This document shows, in pieces, positions 1-9,708 of a DNA stretch of 64,000 nt. A model generated the notes under the pieces. It was not told the origin of the DNA. It did no database searches and worked only from the letters and a program-made list of their open reading frames with translations. Source of the stretch: an uncultured Thermoplasmata archaeon. Lineage in GTDB: Archaea; Thermoplasmatota; Thermoplasmata; UBA10834. Each line of letters starts with the position of its first letter. The stretch's first letter is position 1. The position numbers and the translations under genes are program-made. The stretch lies in contig CAVVJQ010000003.1 in the NCBI GenBank assembly GCA_963748615.1, forward strand, positions 194,258 to 258,257. Reading direction: 5' to 3'.

Positions 1-337
1 GGCTGAGCACTTCCCTTATGGTCTCCTCGGATGCACCCTTGGCGACCATCAGACAATGCTTGACCGGGACGATGACTTCGCCGGATATCCCAAGGTCGTG
101 GTCCAGGAGAAGGTCATTGACCTGAGTGACACTTCCCTCTATCGAGTTCTCGACAGGGACGACTGCATGGGTGACATCATCTCCCTCCACCGCCTCGAAG
201 ACGGACTGGAAATCGAGATAGGGCATGGTATTCACCTCGGCTCCGAAGTATTTCACACATGCGTCTTCGGAGTATGCACCTTGTTCACCCTGGAACGCTA
301 CTACGATGTTCTCCTTCACGAATACCACCAGCCTCAT
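1..337 (-). CDS. pheA: prephenate dehydratase, N-terminal part (gene runs off the left edge)
   Basis: Absent from the ORF track because it is open at the window edge. The reverse complement of 1-337 reads without stops: MRLVVFVKENIVVAFQGEQGAYSEDACVKYFG...THAVVPVENSIEGSVTQVNDLLLDHDLGISGEVIVPVKHCLM. This is the classic PDT-domain N-terminus. The + ORF 56..436 is its antisense shadow. Confidence 0.75.
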   Translation of the reverse strand, partial: MRLVVFVKENIVVAFQGEQGAYSEDACVKYFGAEVNTMPYLDFQSVFEAVEGDDVTHAVVPVENSIEGSVTQVNDLLLDHDLGISGEVIVPVKHCLMVAKGASEETIREVLS

Positions 338-608
338 ACAAATCACATCATATTTCTACCCTTCCAAAGTGGCATGAGGAGTGCCATCGAAAGCATTGTA
401 CAGATGTGTCCGGAAGCGAGGTGCGACCAGACATAATGGCGTCGGCAAAAGTTTATATCAATCGAGACCATGCAGAAGATTGTCACGCCCAAGAAGAGTG
501 TGACCCCACTATGACATGGAGGCAAGGAATGGCACAAGAGAATAAGATTCAGCTTATTCTGCCCTTGGGGCTGCTTATCCTAGCCTAGATGCTGCAGTGT
601 AGGATTTT

Positions 609-2264
609 TTGGAGAGTGTTTTGATGCCCACACAAGCTCCGAGTGAGAATGCTAAACAAGAAGAAAATGCCGCGTTCAAGGTCCCAGACAAAGGGGTCTT
701 TGTTAGTGAATACAATAAGCAGATCTTTCAGGCGACCAGGATGCCTGAGAGTGTGAAGATCCTGGATACGACCCTGAGGGACGGCGAACAGACACCCAAT
801 GTGGCGCTCTCGATCGACGACAAGCTCAAGATCGCACAGGCGTTGGATGAACTGGGAGTGGACATAATCGAAGCTGGCTTCCCCGTCAACTCAGAGGGAG
901 AGGCAGAGGCGGTCAAGAAGATCGCTGCGGCGGGACTCAAGAGCGAGATCTGCGGACTCTGTCGCGCGGGCAAGCCAGATATAGATGCCGCGTTGGCCTG
1001 CGATGTTGATTCGATCCATATATTCCTCGCGACATCCAAAGTACACCTGGAGAAGAAGCTAAAGATATCCAGGGAGGAGGCCGTTGAAAAGGCGGTGACG
1101 GCGGTGCAATACGGAAAGGAACATGGACTCATAGTCGAGTTCAGTTGCGAGGACGGCACGAGGACCGACCTTGGATTCCTCAACACCGTGCATAAGGCGA
1201 TTGAGGAAGCAGGTGTCGACAGGATCGACATACCAGATACCGTGGGTGTCATGACACCGCAGGCGATGATGCAGTTCGTCACGGAGATCAAGAAGACCAC
1301 GAAGGTCCCTCTCGCAGTGCACTGCCATGATGATTTCGGACTCTCTGTCGCAAACTCCCTCGCGGGCATACTCGGGGGCGCGGAAGAGGTCCATTGCACG
1401 ATAAACGGTCTTGGAGAGCGTGCGGGAAATGCCGCCCTCGAAGAGGTCGTGATGGGACTCCAGGCGTTCTACGGGATCAAGACCAGGATAAACACGAGGA
1501 AGATGGCTTTCGTATCGAGACTCGTGTCACAGCTCACTGGGATAGCTGTCCAACCGAACAAGGCCATTGTTGGCGAGAACGCGTTCTCGCACGAAGCGGG
1601 GATACATGTCCATGGGGTGCTGAGCGAGAGCTCGACTTACGAACCAATGAGACCAGAGATCGTCGGCAAGGAGAGGGTGTTCGTTGTTGGCAAGCACTCA
1701 GGAGTACACGCGGTCCAGAACAAACTGAAGGAATACGGACTTGATCTCACCGGGGACCAGCTCAAGGAAGTGGTCGCGAGGATCAAGAAGTACGCAGAAT
1801 CCGGGAAGAAGCTGGATGATGCGGAATTGCTCGCGGTCGCCTATGACGAGATAAGTGAGGAGAAGGAGCCTGTGATCAGGCTTGAGGAATTCACGGTCTT
1901 CACCGGATTGAACTTCACACCAACAGCTACGGTCGTTCTCAACATAGATGGAGAGGTCAGGCGGGCATCGGAAACTGGTGTTGGTCCGATAGATGCGAGT
2001 TTGAGCGCGATAAGAACAGCTGTATCGAAGAATATCGTGTTGAAGCAATACAGGCTAGAAGCGATAACAGGTGGGTCCAACGCGCTCTGTGAGGTCACAG
2101 TGAAGCTCGGAGACTGCGAGGATTCTCAACTCCTCGCACTCGGAAAGAGCGTCGGTTCGGACATAGTCACGACCAGTGTGGACGCCACCGTGGAAGCGTT
2201 GAACAGGCTCTGGATGCACAAACTTGGCGCAAATGGCGACAAGGTCAAAAGGAAGGCTTACTGA
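609..2264 (+). CDS. leuA: 2-isopropylmalate synthase / (R)-citramalate synthase family (LeuA/CimA) with C-terminal LeuA-dimer regulatory domain
   Basis: [42 protein letters not shown] motifs, followed by leuC-leuD-leuB. TTG at 609; ATG at 624 (MPTQAPS) is the more likely start. Confidence 0.9.
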   Translation: MESVLMPTQAPSENAKQEENAAFKVPDKGVFVSEYNKQIFQATRMPESVKILDTTLRDGEQTPNVALSIDDKLKIAQALDELGVDIIEAGFPVNSEGEAEAVKKIAAAGLKSEICGLCRAGKPDIDAALACDVDSIHIFLATSKVHLEKKLKISREEAVEKAVTAVQYGKEHGLIVEFSCEDGTRTDLGFLNTVHKAIEEAGVDRIDIPDTVGVMTPQAMMQFVTEIKKTTKVPLAVHCHDDFGLSVANSLAGILGGAEEVHCTINGLGERAGNAALEEVVMGLQAFYGIKTRINTRKMAFVSRLVSQLTGIAVQPNKAIVGENAFSHEAGIHVHGVLSESSTYEPMRPEIVGKERVFVVGKHSGVHAVQNKLKEYGLDLTGDQLKEVVARIKKYAESGKKLDDAELLAVAYDEISEEKEPVIRLEEFTVFTGLNFTPTATVVLNIDGEVRRASETGVGPIDASLSAIRTAVSKNIVLKQYRLEAITGGSNALCEVTVKLGDCEDSQLLALGKSVGSDIVTTSVDATVEALNRLWMHKLGANGDKVKRKAY

Positions 2265-2292
2265 AAGGTGGTGCGTGACATTGGGAAAGACC

Positions 2293-3534
2293 ATGGCTGA
2301 GAAGATATTGTCAACGAAGGCTCAGAAGGACGTTCGCGCAGGAGAGATCGTCGAAGCCGAGGTCGACTATGTGATGGTGAATGACATCACGGCTCCAGCA
2401 GCGTTCGATGAGTTCGAAGGTTTCTGCACCCCACCGTTAGAGAAGAAGATGGTCCTGATCCCTGACCACTACGTTCCGAACAAGGATGTGGCATCTGCGA
2501 TCCAGGCGAAGAAGATGAGGGATTTCGCATCCAAGTACAAGATACGCAACTACTTCGAGATCGGGTCCGGCGGCGTCTGCCACCAGCTGATGATCGAGAA
2601 GGGATTCGTCGCACCCGGGAGGCTGATAGTCGGAGCCGATTCACATACATGCTCATACGGGGCAATGGGTGCGTTCGCTACAGGGATCGGAAGCACGGAG
2701 GCCGCGACGGTGTTCGCGAGAGGCGTTCTCTGGTTCAGAGTGCCAGAATCGATGAGGTTCGAGGTCAACGGACGGCTTGGAAGACACGTGTCTGGGAAGG
2801 ACATAATACTCACGATCATAGGAGACATCGGGGTCGAAGGTGCACTCTACCAGTCGATGGAGGTCGTCGGTGACACCATCTCCGCATTGCCCATCTCTGA
2901 AAGGGTGACGATATCCAACATGGGCATAGAAGCAGGAGCAAAGGCCTGCATAGTACCACCGGATGCTAAGGTGGATGACTATCTGAAGAGCCGTGTCAGA
3001 GGCACCTATGAGAAGGTCTATGCGGACAAAAATGCCGAGTATTCAGATATCAGGAAGTACGATGCGAAGGACATAGTCCCATTGGTCGCGAAGCCGTTCC
3101 TGCCGAGCAATGTAGCCCCCGCGAGCGAGGTCGGAGTAGCCATCGACCAAGCGTATCTTGGCTCATGCACGAATGGAAGGATAGAGGATCTCAGGGTCGC
3201 TGCGGCGATACTGAAAGGGAAGAAGGTGCATGAAGGGGTCAGGATGATCGTGGTGCCCGCCAGCAAGGATGTCTTCGATAAGGCGATGGAGGAAGGGCTT
3301 TTCAAGATATTCTCCGACGCGGGTGCGTTCATATCTGGTCCTACGTGCGGCGCATGTCTTGGAGGCTACATGGGTGTGCTCGCTCCAGGCGAGAGATGCG
3401 TGAGCACGACGAACAGGAACTTCGTTGGAAGAATGGGGCACAAGGAATCCGAGGTCTACCTTGCGGGTCCCGCGGTAGTCGCAGCGAGCGCAGTCGCGGG
3501 GAGAATAGTCGATCCATCGGAGGTGACCGGATGA
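2293..3534 (+). CDS. leuC: 3-isopropylmalate / 2-methylmalate dehydratase large subunit (aconitase family)
   Basis: MAEKILSTKA..., GADSHTCSYGAMGAF, GSCTNGRIEDL, NRNFVGRMG aconitase-family motifs. The ORF-track start 2224 overlaps the leuA end; ATG 2293 is preferred. Confidence 0.9.
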   Translation: MAEKILSTKAQKDVRAGEIVEAEVDYVMVNDITAPAAFDEFEGFCTPPLEKKMVLIPDHYVPNKDVASAIQAKKMRDFASKYKIRNYFEIGSGGVCHQLMIEKGFVAPGRLIVGADSHTCSYGAMGAFATGIGSTEAATVFARGVLWFRVPESMRFEVNGRLGRHVSGKDIILTIIGDIGVEGALYQSMEVVGDTISALPISERVTISNMGIEAGAKACIVPPDAKVDDYLKSRVRGTYEKVYADKNAEYSDIRKYDAKDIVPLVAKPFLPSNVAPASEVGVAIDQAYLGSCTNGRIEDLRVAAAILKGKKVHEGVRMIVVPASKDVFDKAMEEGLFKIFSDAGAFISGPTCGACLGGYMGVLAPGERCVSTTNRNFVGRMGHKESEVYLAGPAVVAASAVAGRIVDPSEVTG

Positions 3535-4034
3535 AATCGCATTTCGCCGGGAAGGCGTGGGTGTTCGGAGATAATGTGGACACCGACCAGATCATACCAG
3601 CCGAGTATCTCATCACGATGGACAGCGCTGAGCTTGCCAAACACGCATTCGTGAAGGTGATGCCAGAATTCTCGGTCAACGTGAAGGACGGCGATGTGGT
3701 AGTCGCTGGCAGGAATTTCGGATGCGGCTCGAGCCGAGAGCATGCACCAAGAGCATTGATAGGAGCGGGAGTGTCCTGCGTCGTCGCGGAATCGTTTGCC
3801 AGGATATTCTTCAGAAACGCGATCAACATAGGGTTACCAGTCATCGAAGCAAAGCTGGAGGCCGACCAGGGAGACGACATCGAAGTGGATATATCGAAGG
3901 GTGTCGTCAGGAATGACAGCTCTGGAAAGGAGGACAAATTCGCCAGCTATCCGCCTTTCGTGATGATGCTTATGGAGAAAGGGGGTCTAGTCCCCTACAC
4001 CAAGGAGAGATTGGGTTGCACGAGATCGGAGTAA
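3531..4034 (+). CDS. leuD: 3-isopropylmalate dehydratase small subunit
   Basis: MKSHFAGKAWVFGDNVDTDQIIPAEYL..GRNFGCGSSREHAP. ATG 3531 overlaps the leuC stop (ATGA) and follows GGAGGTGA. The track start 3345 lies inside leuC. Confidence 0.9.
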   Translation: MKSHFAGKAWVFGDNVDTDQIIPAEYLITMDSAELAKHAFVKVMPEFSVNVKDGDVVVAGRNFGCGSSREHAPRALIGAGVSCVVAESFARIFFRNAINIGLPVIEAKLEADQGDDIEVDISKGVVRNDSSGKEDKFASYPPFVMMLMEKGGLVPYTKERLGCTRSE

Positions 4035-5134
4035 TCCCCGGAGACGGGATAGGACCAGAGGTGGTCAGGGAAGCGCGCAGGGTTTTGGATGTCATCTGCG
4101 AAAAAAGGGGCATCCAGCTCGATTTCGAAGAGTTCCCGTTGGGCGCAGCGCACTACCTGAAGACAGGAGAGGTGCTCTCTGACGAAACCATATCGAGATT
4201 GGAAGAGAAGGAGTCCATCCTGCTCGGCGCGATGGGTGACCCTCGTGTCAAACCAGGAGTGCTTGAGAAGGGCATTCTTCTACGCCTCAGGTTCCATTTC
4301 GATCAGTATGTCAACCTTAGACCAGTGAGACTGTTCCAGGGAGTGCCTACCGCATTGGCTGGCGATAGGAAAATAGACATGTACTTCATCCGAGAAAACA
4401 CGGAGGACTTCTACGTCGGCCTGGGGGGCCGGGTCAAGACAGGATCTTCCAGAGAGCAGCTCAATCTGATCAGAAAGGCATATGAGGTCAAGTTCGACAT
4501 AGGAATCGACCTCAAAGATGCAGATGTGCTGGCATATCAGATAGGGATTATCACCAGGCAAGGTGCGAGGCGCGTGATCGACTACGCATTCGATCTCGCA
4601 AAGACAAAAGGCCTCGACCTCGTGACATCCGTGGACAAGGCGAACGTCCTCACGGAGGTCTACGGACTCTGGAGAGAGGAAGTGGAGAAAGCATCGAGCA
4701 GCTACGGGATTGAGAAGGAGTTCCAGTACGTCGATGCGGTGGCCCTGCATATGGTCAGGAACCCTGAGAGGTTCAAGGTCCTGGTCACGCCCAACCTGTT
4801 CGGAGACATCCTGACGGATCTGGGTGCGGCCCTGCAAGGAGGGCTCGGCTTTGCGCCATCTGGCAACATCAACCCGAGTGGTGTGAGCATGTTCGAGCCG
4901 GTCCATGGTTCAGCTCCAGATATCGCGGGAAAAGGTCTCGCCAACCCGGTCGGGGCAATCCTCTCTGCGGCGTTGATGCTGGATACGCTAGGATACAAGG
5001 ATGCTGCTCAGGAGATGGAATCAGCGGTCACGAGTGTCCTGGGCGATGGAAAGCATAGAACTGCGGATGTGGGTGGCAAGATGTCGACCACAGCCATGGG
5101 AGATGCAATCCTCAGCATGTTGAAGAGCCAGTAA
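4016..5134 (+). CDS. leuB: 3-isopropylmalate dehydrogenase (isocitrate/isopropylmalate dehydrogenase family)
   Basis: IGVIPGDGIGPEVV, NLRP, NLFGDILTDLGAALQGGLGFAPSGNI, HGSAPDIAGKGLANP. TTG start overlaps the leuD end by 19 nt. Confidence 0.88.
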   Translation: MHEIGVIPGDGIGPEVVREARRVLDVICEKRGIQLDFEEFPLGAAHYLKTGEVLSDETISRLEEKESILLGAMGDPRVKPGVLEKGILLRLRFHFDQYVNLRPVRLFQGVPTALAGDRKIDMYFIRENTEDFYVGLGGRVKTGSSREQLNLIRKAYEVKFDIGIDLKDADVLAYQIGIITRQGARRVIDYAFDLAKTKGLDLVTSVDKANVLTEVYGLWREEVEKASSSYGIEKEFQYVDAVALHMVRNPERFKVLVTPNLFGDILTDLGAALQGGLGFAPSGNINPSGVSMFEPVHGSAPDIAGKGLANPVGAILSAALMLDTLGYKDAAQEMESAVTSVLGDGKHRTADVGGKMSTTAMGDAILSMLKSQ

Positions 5135-5186
5135 CCAAGCCGAAAGGAGAATTAACGAAGGGTTCGACCATACCTTGCCGATCGGA

Positions 5187-5738
5187 TCATTTCTTTGGAC
5201 CTGCTAGCTCATCCAACATCGATATCACTCGGGCATACAGCTCTGCATAGAGTGCTTTGTAACCATTATCGATCCTATCGTCGAGAAGCCATGTGCGAAT
5301 AACTCCAAGCCTCATCTTGACGTGATTGCGGTCTCTTAGAGAATAGGCCAGATTCATTTCCAAGGTTGCAGCCAGATAATGGGCCTCCTCGACCTGAGCC
5401 GGGTCATTGAGAATGGAATCGCGGTCGAGTCGGACACCAAATTTCTTGAGTCCTTCGATCTCAACCAACTCATGCACCACAAGGAGTGGGAACTTGATGA
5501 CCACGTCCAGGGTCATGTCCGCCTCATACGGATAGGCCTCGAAGTATCGCATGACATCGCTTGCTGTCGTGCTGCATTCTAGTCCGTTTGCAGACATCAA
5601 CTCTTTGGCTCGAGCGACCGCAGCCTCTACCTCCGTTAAGCCCACCAAAAATATCCCCTCACAGCATCGGGAAAGGTGAAAATCCGTAAAATACTCTTCC
5701 ATGGGCAACTCATTTGCGCATCCATCACGTATCAGCAC
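5187..5738 (-). CDS. hypothetical protein (183 aa), no family recognised
   Basis: Clean ORF convergent with leuB. Contains HELVEIEGL; I cannot assign a family. Confidence 0.5.
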   Translation of the reverse strand: MLIRDGCANELPMEEYFTDFHLSRCCEGIFLVGLTEVEAAVARAKELMSANGLECSTTASDVMRYFEAYPYEADMTLDVVIKFPLLVVHELVEIEGLKKFGVRLDRDSILNDPAQVEEAHYLAATLEMNLAYSLRDRNHVKMRLGVIRTWLLDDRIDNGYKALYAELYARVISMLDELAGPKK

Positions 5739-5820
5739 ACTGTTTCGGAGCTTTTTTGAGCATAATTATAAGTAATCATAAACAGATTTGAAGTAAAAAG
5801 GGCAGATTAGGAGAGATGGG

Positions 5821-7272
5821 ATGCCACAGCAGATGACGCCAATTTCGAAGGCCAAGACAGAAGAGATCGGAGAGTTCCTCACGAACAATGTATCGAGAGC
5901 AGTAGTCTATACTCTGCTGCACAAACAGCCGCTCACGCGCAGGGAGATCGAGAGGAGTCCGCTCACCGACTCCATGAGAAGAATATCGCTCAGCGCTCAG
6001 ACCCGGTCACTAAAGGACAAATCCAATGTTCAGATGAGGACTCTGCTCGCCAAGGGCGTGAACTGCGGAGTGCTGATACCAATCACCTCCAAACGCCAGA
6101 ATTACTACTTCCTCAACTCCGACCTCAAGATAGACCCTGCCCCGATAAGAGAAAATGTCGATGACGAAGAAAGCGTGGCACTCACCGCACACCTAGACCG
6201 GACAGTGACCCACACTCCTGGCCATGCGGTTTTACCTGCATGGGGCACAGCTGCAGACCACACGATTCTGCCGGTCCCATACATTGACTCACCAAAATCG
6301 TTCACCCTTTGGATGAGTTGGTTGATAACCCCTACGAGGAGGAAGATACTCAACTACATCAACCAGCAGGGGGCAGTGACTCGCCCGAAACTTCGAACGG
6401 ATCTGGGGTTCTGGGCAGACAGGATTGTCGCGAAGGAGGGCATTCCTTCAGGCGTGCTGGAGGCCACGGACGGCAAGATTAGGTACCAATTCTCGACCTT
6501 CTCGTTCTCCAAGTTGAAGGTCAAGAAGGAAGACGAGCCTGGCAAGAGGAAATCATGGACCAACTTTCCACCGTCATTCTGGATGACACGCTCCTACGAG
6601 CCACTCAAGTGCATAATGGGTGCGTCCAGGTACTTCACTGACACAGTGAAACCGAATGCGACGCCAGTCATGGTTCTGGAAGAGCTGCAGAAGCAGAATC
6701 CCACTATTGTCGAGAAGAACAGGAAGGAGTTCCTTGAGGTCAACTTCCTGGAAAGAATGAGTTTCTATGCGATCTATCACTCCTCGGGAGACGCCGCGAC
6801 GAAGATATCCGTTGATTCACTCATGCCTGAGAAGGTGACTTTCAACTCCCCGGAACATCCGCTCCTCTGGGCATCCAAGACGGACGAAGAGCACGCGAGC
6901 GCGAGGCTCGATTTCAGAGAGGAGGCAGCGAAGATGCTTCAATCAATGAAGACCAAGGAGGAGCAGGTCAACTTCCTCGAGAACATGCTCAGAAGCATAG
7001 CGATGGAGCGGATAGGTGCCAAGATAGAGGAACATGAGAGAGTGCTTTCGAAGGATCTAGACAAGCTCAGAATGGAGTCGTTCGGCCTTGGTTCGGAATC
7101 GATAAGCGCCATGGCCAATCTTGAAACCGAAAGAGAGGGAGTAGTCAGTGAGAAGATGTACTTCGAGAAGTTCATGAACATCTTGATCCCGGGTTCGATG
7201 AAGAAAGCGAAAATTCCAGAATCAGCGGATACTGAAAAGGCGGATGAAACGCTCCCTGAAGAAGAATCCTGA
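5821..7272 (+). CDS. hypothetical protein (483 aa), possible double winged-helix N-half and acidic coiled-coil C-half
   Basis: Two wHTH-like segments: VVYTLLHKQPLTRREIE and RRKILNYINQQGAVTRPKLRTDLG. C-terminal 120 aa are K/E-rich helical and end in an acidic tail. AT-rich upstream region 5739-5820. Confidence 0.55.
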   Translation: MPQQMTPISKAKTEEIGEFLTNNVSRAVVYTLLHKQPLTRREIERSPLTDSMRRISLSAQTRSLKDKSNVQMRTLLAKGVNCGVLIPITSKRQNYYFLNSDLKIDPAPIRENVDDEESVALTAHLDRTVTHTPGHAVLPAWGTAADHTILPVPYIDSPKSFTLWMSWLITPTRRKILNYINQQGAVTRPKLRTDLGFWADRIVAKEGIPSGVLEATDGKIRYQFSTFSFSKLKVKKEDEPGKRKSWTNFPPSFWMTRSYEPLKCIMGASRYFTDTVKPNATPVMVLEELQKQNPTIVEKNRKEFLEVNFLERMSFYAIYHSSGDAATKISVDSLMPEKVTFNSPEHPLLWASKTDEEHASARLDFREEAAKMLQSMKTKEEQVNFLENMLRSIAMERIGAKIEEHERVLSKDLDKLRMESFGLGSESISAMANLETEREGVVSEKMYFEKFMNILIPGSMKKAKIPESADTEKADETLPEEES

Positions 7273-7572
7273 TCGGAAGACATTCCAAATGGTTCTAAAC
7301 AAACCACTTTCACGAGTTTTCTCGATGATTCCACCGATTTCTTGAGCGATCAGAGCATCCGCGGCGGATAGACGCCCACCGTGTTGCGTCATGCGAGGAT
7401 GAGACGGACATTACTTATGGGTTGCACGAACGTTTAAGCAAGATTCTTGTCAAATCTGGCTATATTCACGAAGGATATTTCTGGGTGCAATACATTACCT
7501 CATTACAGACCGATGTATAAGCACATATTAGTTTGCATAAGTGCCCACTAATACATCACTTATGGGTGTGAT

Positions 7573-7881
7573 ATGATGGAACTAACCGATAGAGAACGAC
7601 ACATCGTGGAAATCCTCAGAAGAGGTACCAATTCTCCAACTCGCCTCGCAAGGGAACTCGGAATCACTCAATCGGGAGCTACCCAGGCCCTCCAGAAGTT
7701 GGAAAAGAAGAATGTTGTAGAGAGGAACAAAATTGGCAGAAATGCCATGTATCGCCTTATCATAGAGGAGAAGGTGGAGCCAGTCAGGGATTTCGATGAA
7801 GATTTGGAACTGATTCGGGAGTCATATCATGCGTTATCGAGGGTATGGTCCCACGTTTCTCAGACTGGATCTGACCCATGA
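7573..7881 (+). CDS. small MarR/ArsR-like winged-helix transcriptional regulator
   Basis: ERHIVEILRRGTNSPTRLARELGITQSGATQALQKLEKKNVVERNKIGRNAMYRL. Confidence 0.7.
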   Translation: MMELTDRERHIVEILRRGTNSPTRLARELGITQSGATQALQKLEKKNVVERNKIGRNAMYRLIIEEKVEPVRDFDEDLELIRESYHALSRVWSHVSQTGSDP

Positions 7882-7998
7882 TGAACTGGCCAAAGTCAGG
7901 GATGCGAGGAACCACCTGGAGGAGATCCTGGTCAGAAGAGGAAAAAGCCTGGACTAGGAATCATTGAGGAATGACGCTCCATCCCGATGCCAGACTGT

Positions 7999-8487
7999 TC
8001 ATCGGAGTGCTTGTTCAGCCTTCCGCAGGTTATCGACGGTGAACGCCACCTCAGTCATACCGTCGTCCTTTCCCAGGATGTAGATGGAATCCACGTTGAC
8101 CATCGCTCTTGCGAGCTTTCTAGCGGTTCTTCCGAGTTCGCCAGGGCGATCAGATATCTTCAGGGATAGGACCTCCCTGAGATCGTAGCTTATGCCAGAT
8201 CGTTCCAGCGCAGAGCTTGCAGTGGTCTCATCGTCGGTCACGACACGTATGATCGGTTTATGGCCGCTGCGTTCGCTGGATATCGCCTTGATGTTGACGC
8301 CATTGTTACCGAAGATCTCGCAGACCTTGGCCAGCTCACCAGGTTTGTCCTGGACGTAGACATCGAATTCCTTCAAAATCCCAATCCTCAGCACCCTATG
8401 ATTCGCCAGGGTAAAATGTGTATCGGCGAACGGGTCAGACAGAGGGATTAGGCGCCTTTGGGCAGGTGGACCCACCGCTTGACCCAC
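7999..8487 (-). CDS. tandem ACT-domain protein (amino-acid-binding regulatory domain)
   Basis: Two ACT-like units: FDVYVQDKPGELAKVCEIFGNNGVNIKAIS and LSLKISDRPGELGRTARKLARAMVNVDSIYI. The longest ORF overlaps the corA-like stop by 40 nt. GTG at 8394 (VLRIGILKEF, 131 aa) is a plausible true start. Confidence 0.7.
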   Translation of the reverse strand: MGQAVGPPAQRRLIPLSDPFADTHFTLANHRVLRIGILKEFDVYVQDKPGELAKVCEIFGNNGVNIKAISSERSGHKPIIRVVTDDETTASSALERSGISYDLREVLSLKISDRPGELGRTARKLARAMVNVDSIYILGKDDGMTEVAFTVDNLRKAEQALR

Positions 8488-9650
8488 CAGTATGCAAGAT
8501 AGGTGGCGTTAATGGTGCACAGAAATAGAACCGTGATGTACCACATGAGAGTATTGGCATCCATCCCAGCTATCGAGCCTACCACGGTAGCAATGGTATT
8601 GGGGACCAGGACGGCGGTACCCAGGATCGTCAGCCAAGTCATCGTCAATGCCATACGATTATTAAGTGTTTGAAGCTGGTTGTTGTAGAGCGCCTGCAGA
8701 ACCTCCAGTCCCGACGCGAGCACCTCAGACATGTGCTCACTGAGGGATATCTGTCGGTTGACATCCTCGACGAGAAGGCCCACCTTCGCCAAAACCTTGG
8801 GATTGTCCGTTATGAGTTCCGCATCGCCATACCTGAGCGAATGCAGCACATCCATCGTCCTCCACAGACTGTTAAGGTAAGTTATCAGGGCGTGCTTGAG
8901 TTCGTATATCTTGCGCCCTATCTCCATCCTGGGTGACTCTGGGTCAAGGAGCAACTCGCTCATGTCATCCGCCTGCTCCTCAATCTCCCGCAGATGTTCG
9001 AAATTGTGAGAGTTGTTCTCATCGAGTATCCTGACGAGCATCATCGTCAACCGATCTTGCTGACCCATGCGCTCAGGCAGCTTCCGCAGGAACACATCAG
9101 CGTAGCGAGAGAACAAGATCAGCCGTTCTATGTCTCGGCTGTGGATGGTGACAATGAGATCCTTCCTGACGAGTATGAGAAGTGGAAAGATGCTGACATC
9201 CAGCTTGGACACCTTGACGGCAGGGACCATGATACCCATCTCGGTATCCCTGTCTTCGAACGCAGAATGATACCCTTTGAGCAGGGTTGGGACCATCGAA
9301 TCACTGAACCCGAACTTCACCGCAACCTCAGCAGCATCCTTCCCGAGGTCGTCCACCATGAAATTTACCCAACCCAAACTGGCAGTCTTCAGTGAGGATA
9401 TGAATTCGGTAGGGTTGTCCCCGAATATCTTCGTGGGTTTCCCTACATGTGGAAGTGCGACACAAACCGCCCTGTGAACTCTGGCATTCAACCCGTTTGT
9501 GTAATTCTCGACCTGTTGGGACGACACCACGGGTGGCGCTGCACCTGATTCACCTCTAGAATCCACGCGAACTAATCTCCTGCTGGGGGAAGGCACCACG
9601 AATACCGTATGGGTCAACGGATTTGTATATTTCTCTAATGAACCTAGCAA
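8448..9650 (-). CDS. corA: CorA-superfamily divalent cation transporter-like protein with GMD in place of GMN
   Basis: C-terminal two-TM architecture LTMTWLTILGTAVLVPNTIATVVGSIAGMDANT...WYITVLFLCTINATYLAYWWV aligns to the CorA TM1-YGMNF-TM2 region. The start is uncertain: ATG 9650 leaves only 58 nt to thrS, and GTG near 9530 is possible. Confidence 0.65.
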   Translation of the reverse strand: MLGSLEKYTNPLTHTVFVVPSPSRRLVRVDSRGESGAAPPVVSSQQVENYTNGLNARVHRAVCVALPHVGKPTKIFGDNPTEFISSLKTASLGWVNFMVDDLGKDAAEVAVKFGFSDSMVPTLLKGYHSAFEDRDTEMGIMVPAVKVSKLDVSIFPLLILVRKDLIVTIHSRDIERLILFSRYADVFLRKLPERMGQQDRLTMMLVRILDENNSHNFEHLREIEEQADDMSELLLDPESPRMEIGRKIYELKHALITYLNSLWRTMDVLHSLRYGDAELITDNPKVLAKVGLLVEDVNRQISLSEHMSEVLASGLEVLQALYNNQLQTLNNRMALTMTWLTILGTAVLVPNTIATVVGSIAGMDANTLMWYITVLFLCTINATYLAYWWVKRWVHLPKGA

Positions 9651-9708
9651 GTTGCCATAGCAGATGAATCATTTTAATACCCAGCTAGTCATTTCAACGC
9701 CGGTTACC

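Noticed and set aside
56-436. 126-aa plus-strand ORF at the left edge
   Set aside because: It is the antisense shadow of the minus-strand prephenate dehydratase N-terminus (1-337), which has a clear family signature. The plus-frame product has no recognisable features.
728-1399. 223-aa minus ORF inside leuA, plus similar long antisense ORFs in leuD/leuB (3341-3937, 4280-4906), GGR (29623-30267, 29886-30527) and GT39 (31075-31797, alternative frame)
   Set aside because: All overlap genes with strong family motifs on the other strand or frame. They are high-GC shadow ORFs with skewed S/R/P/A composition.
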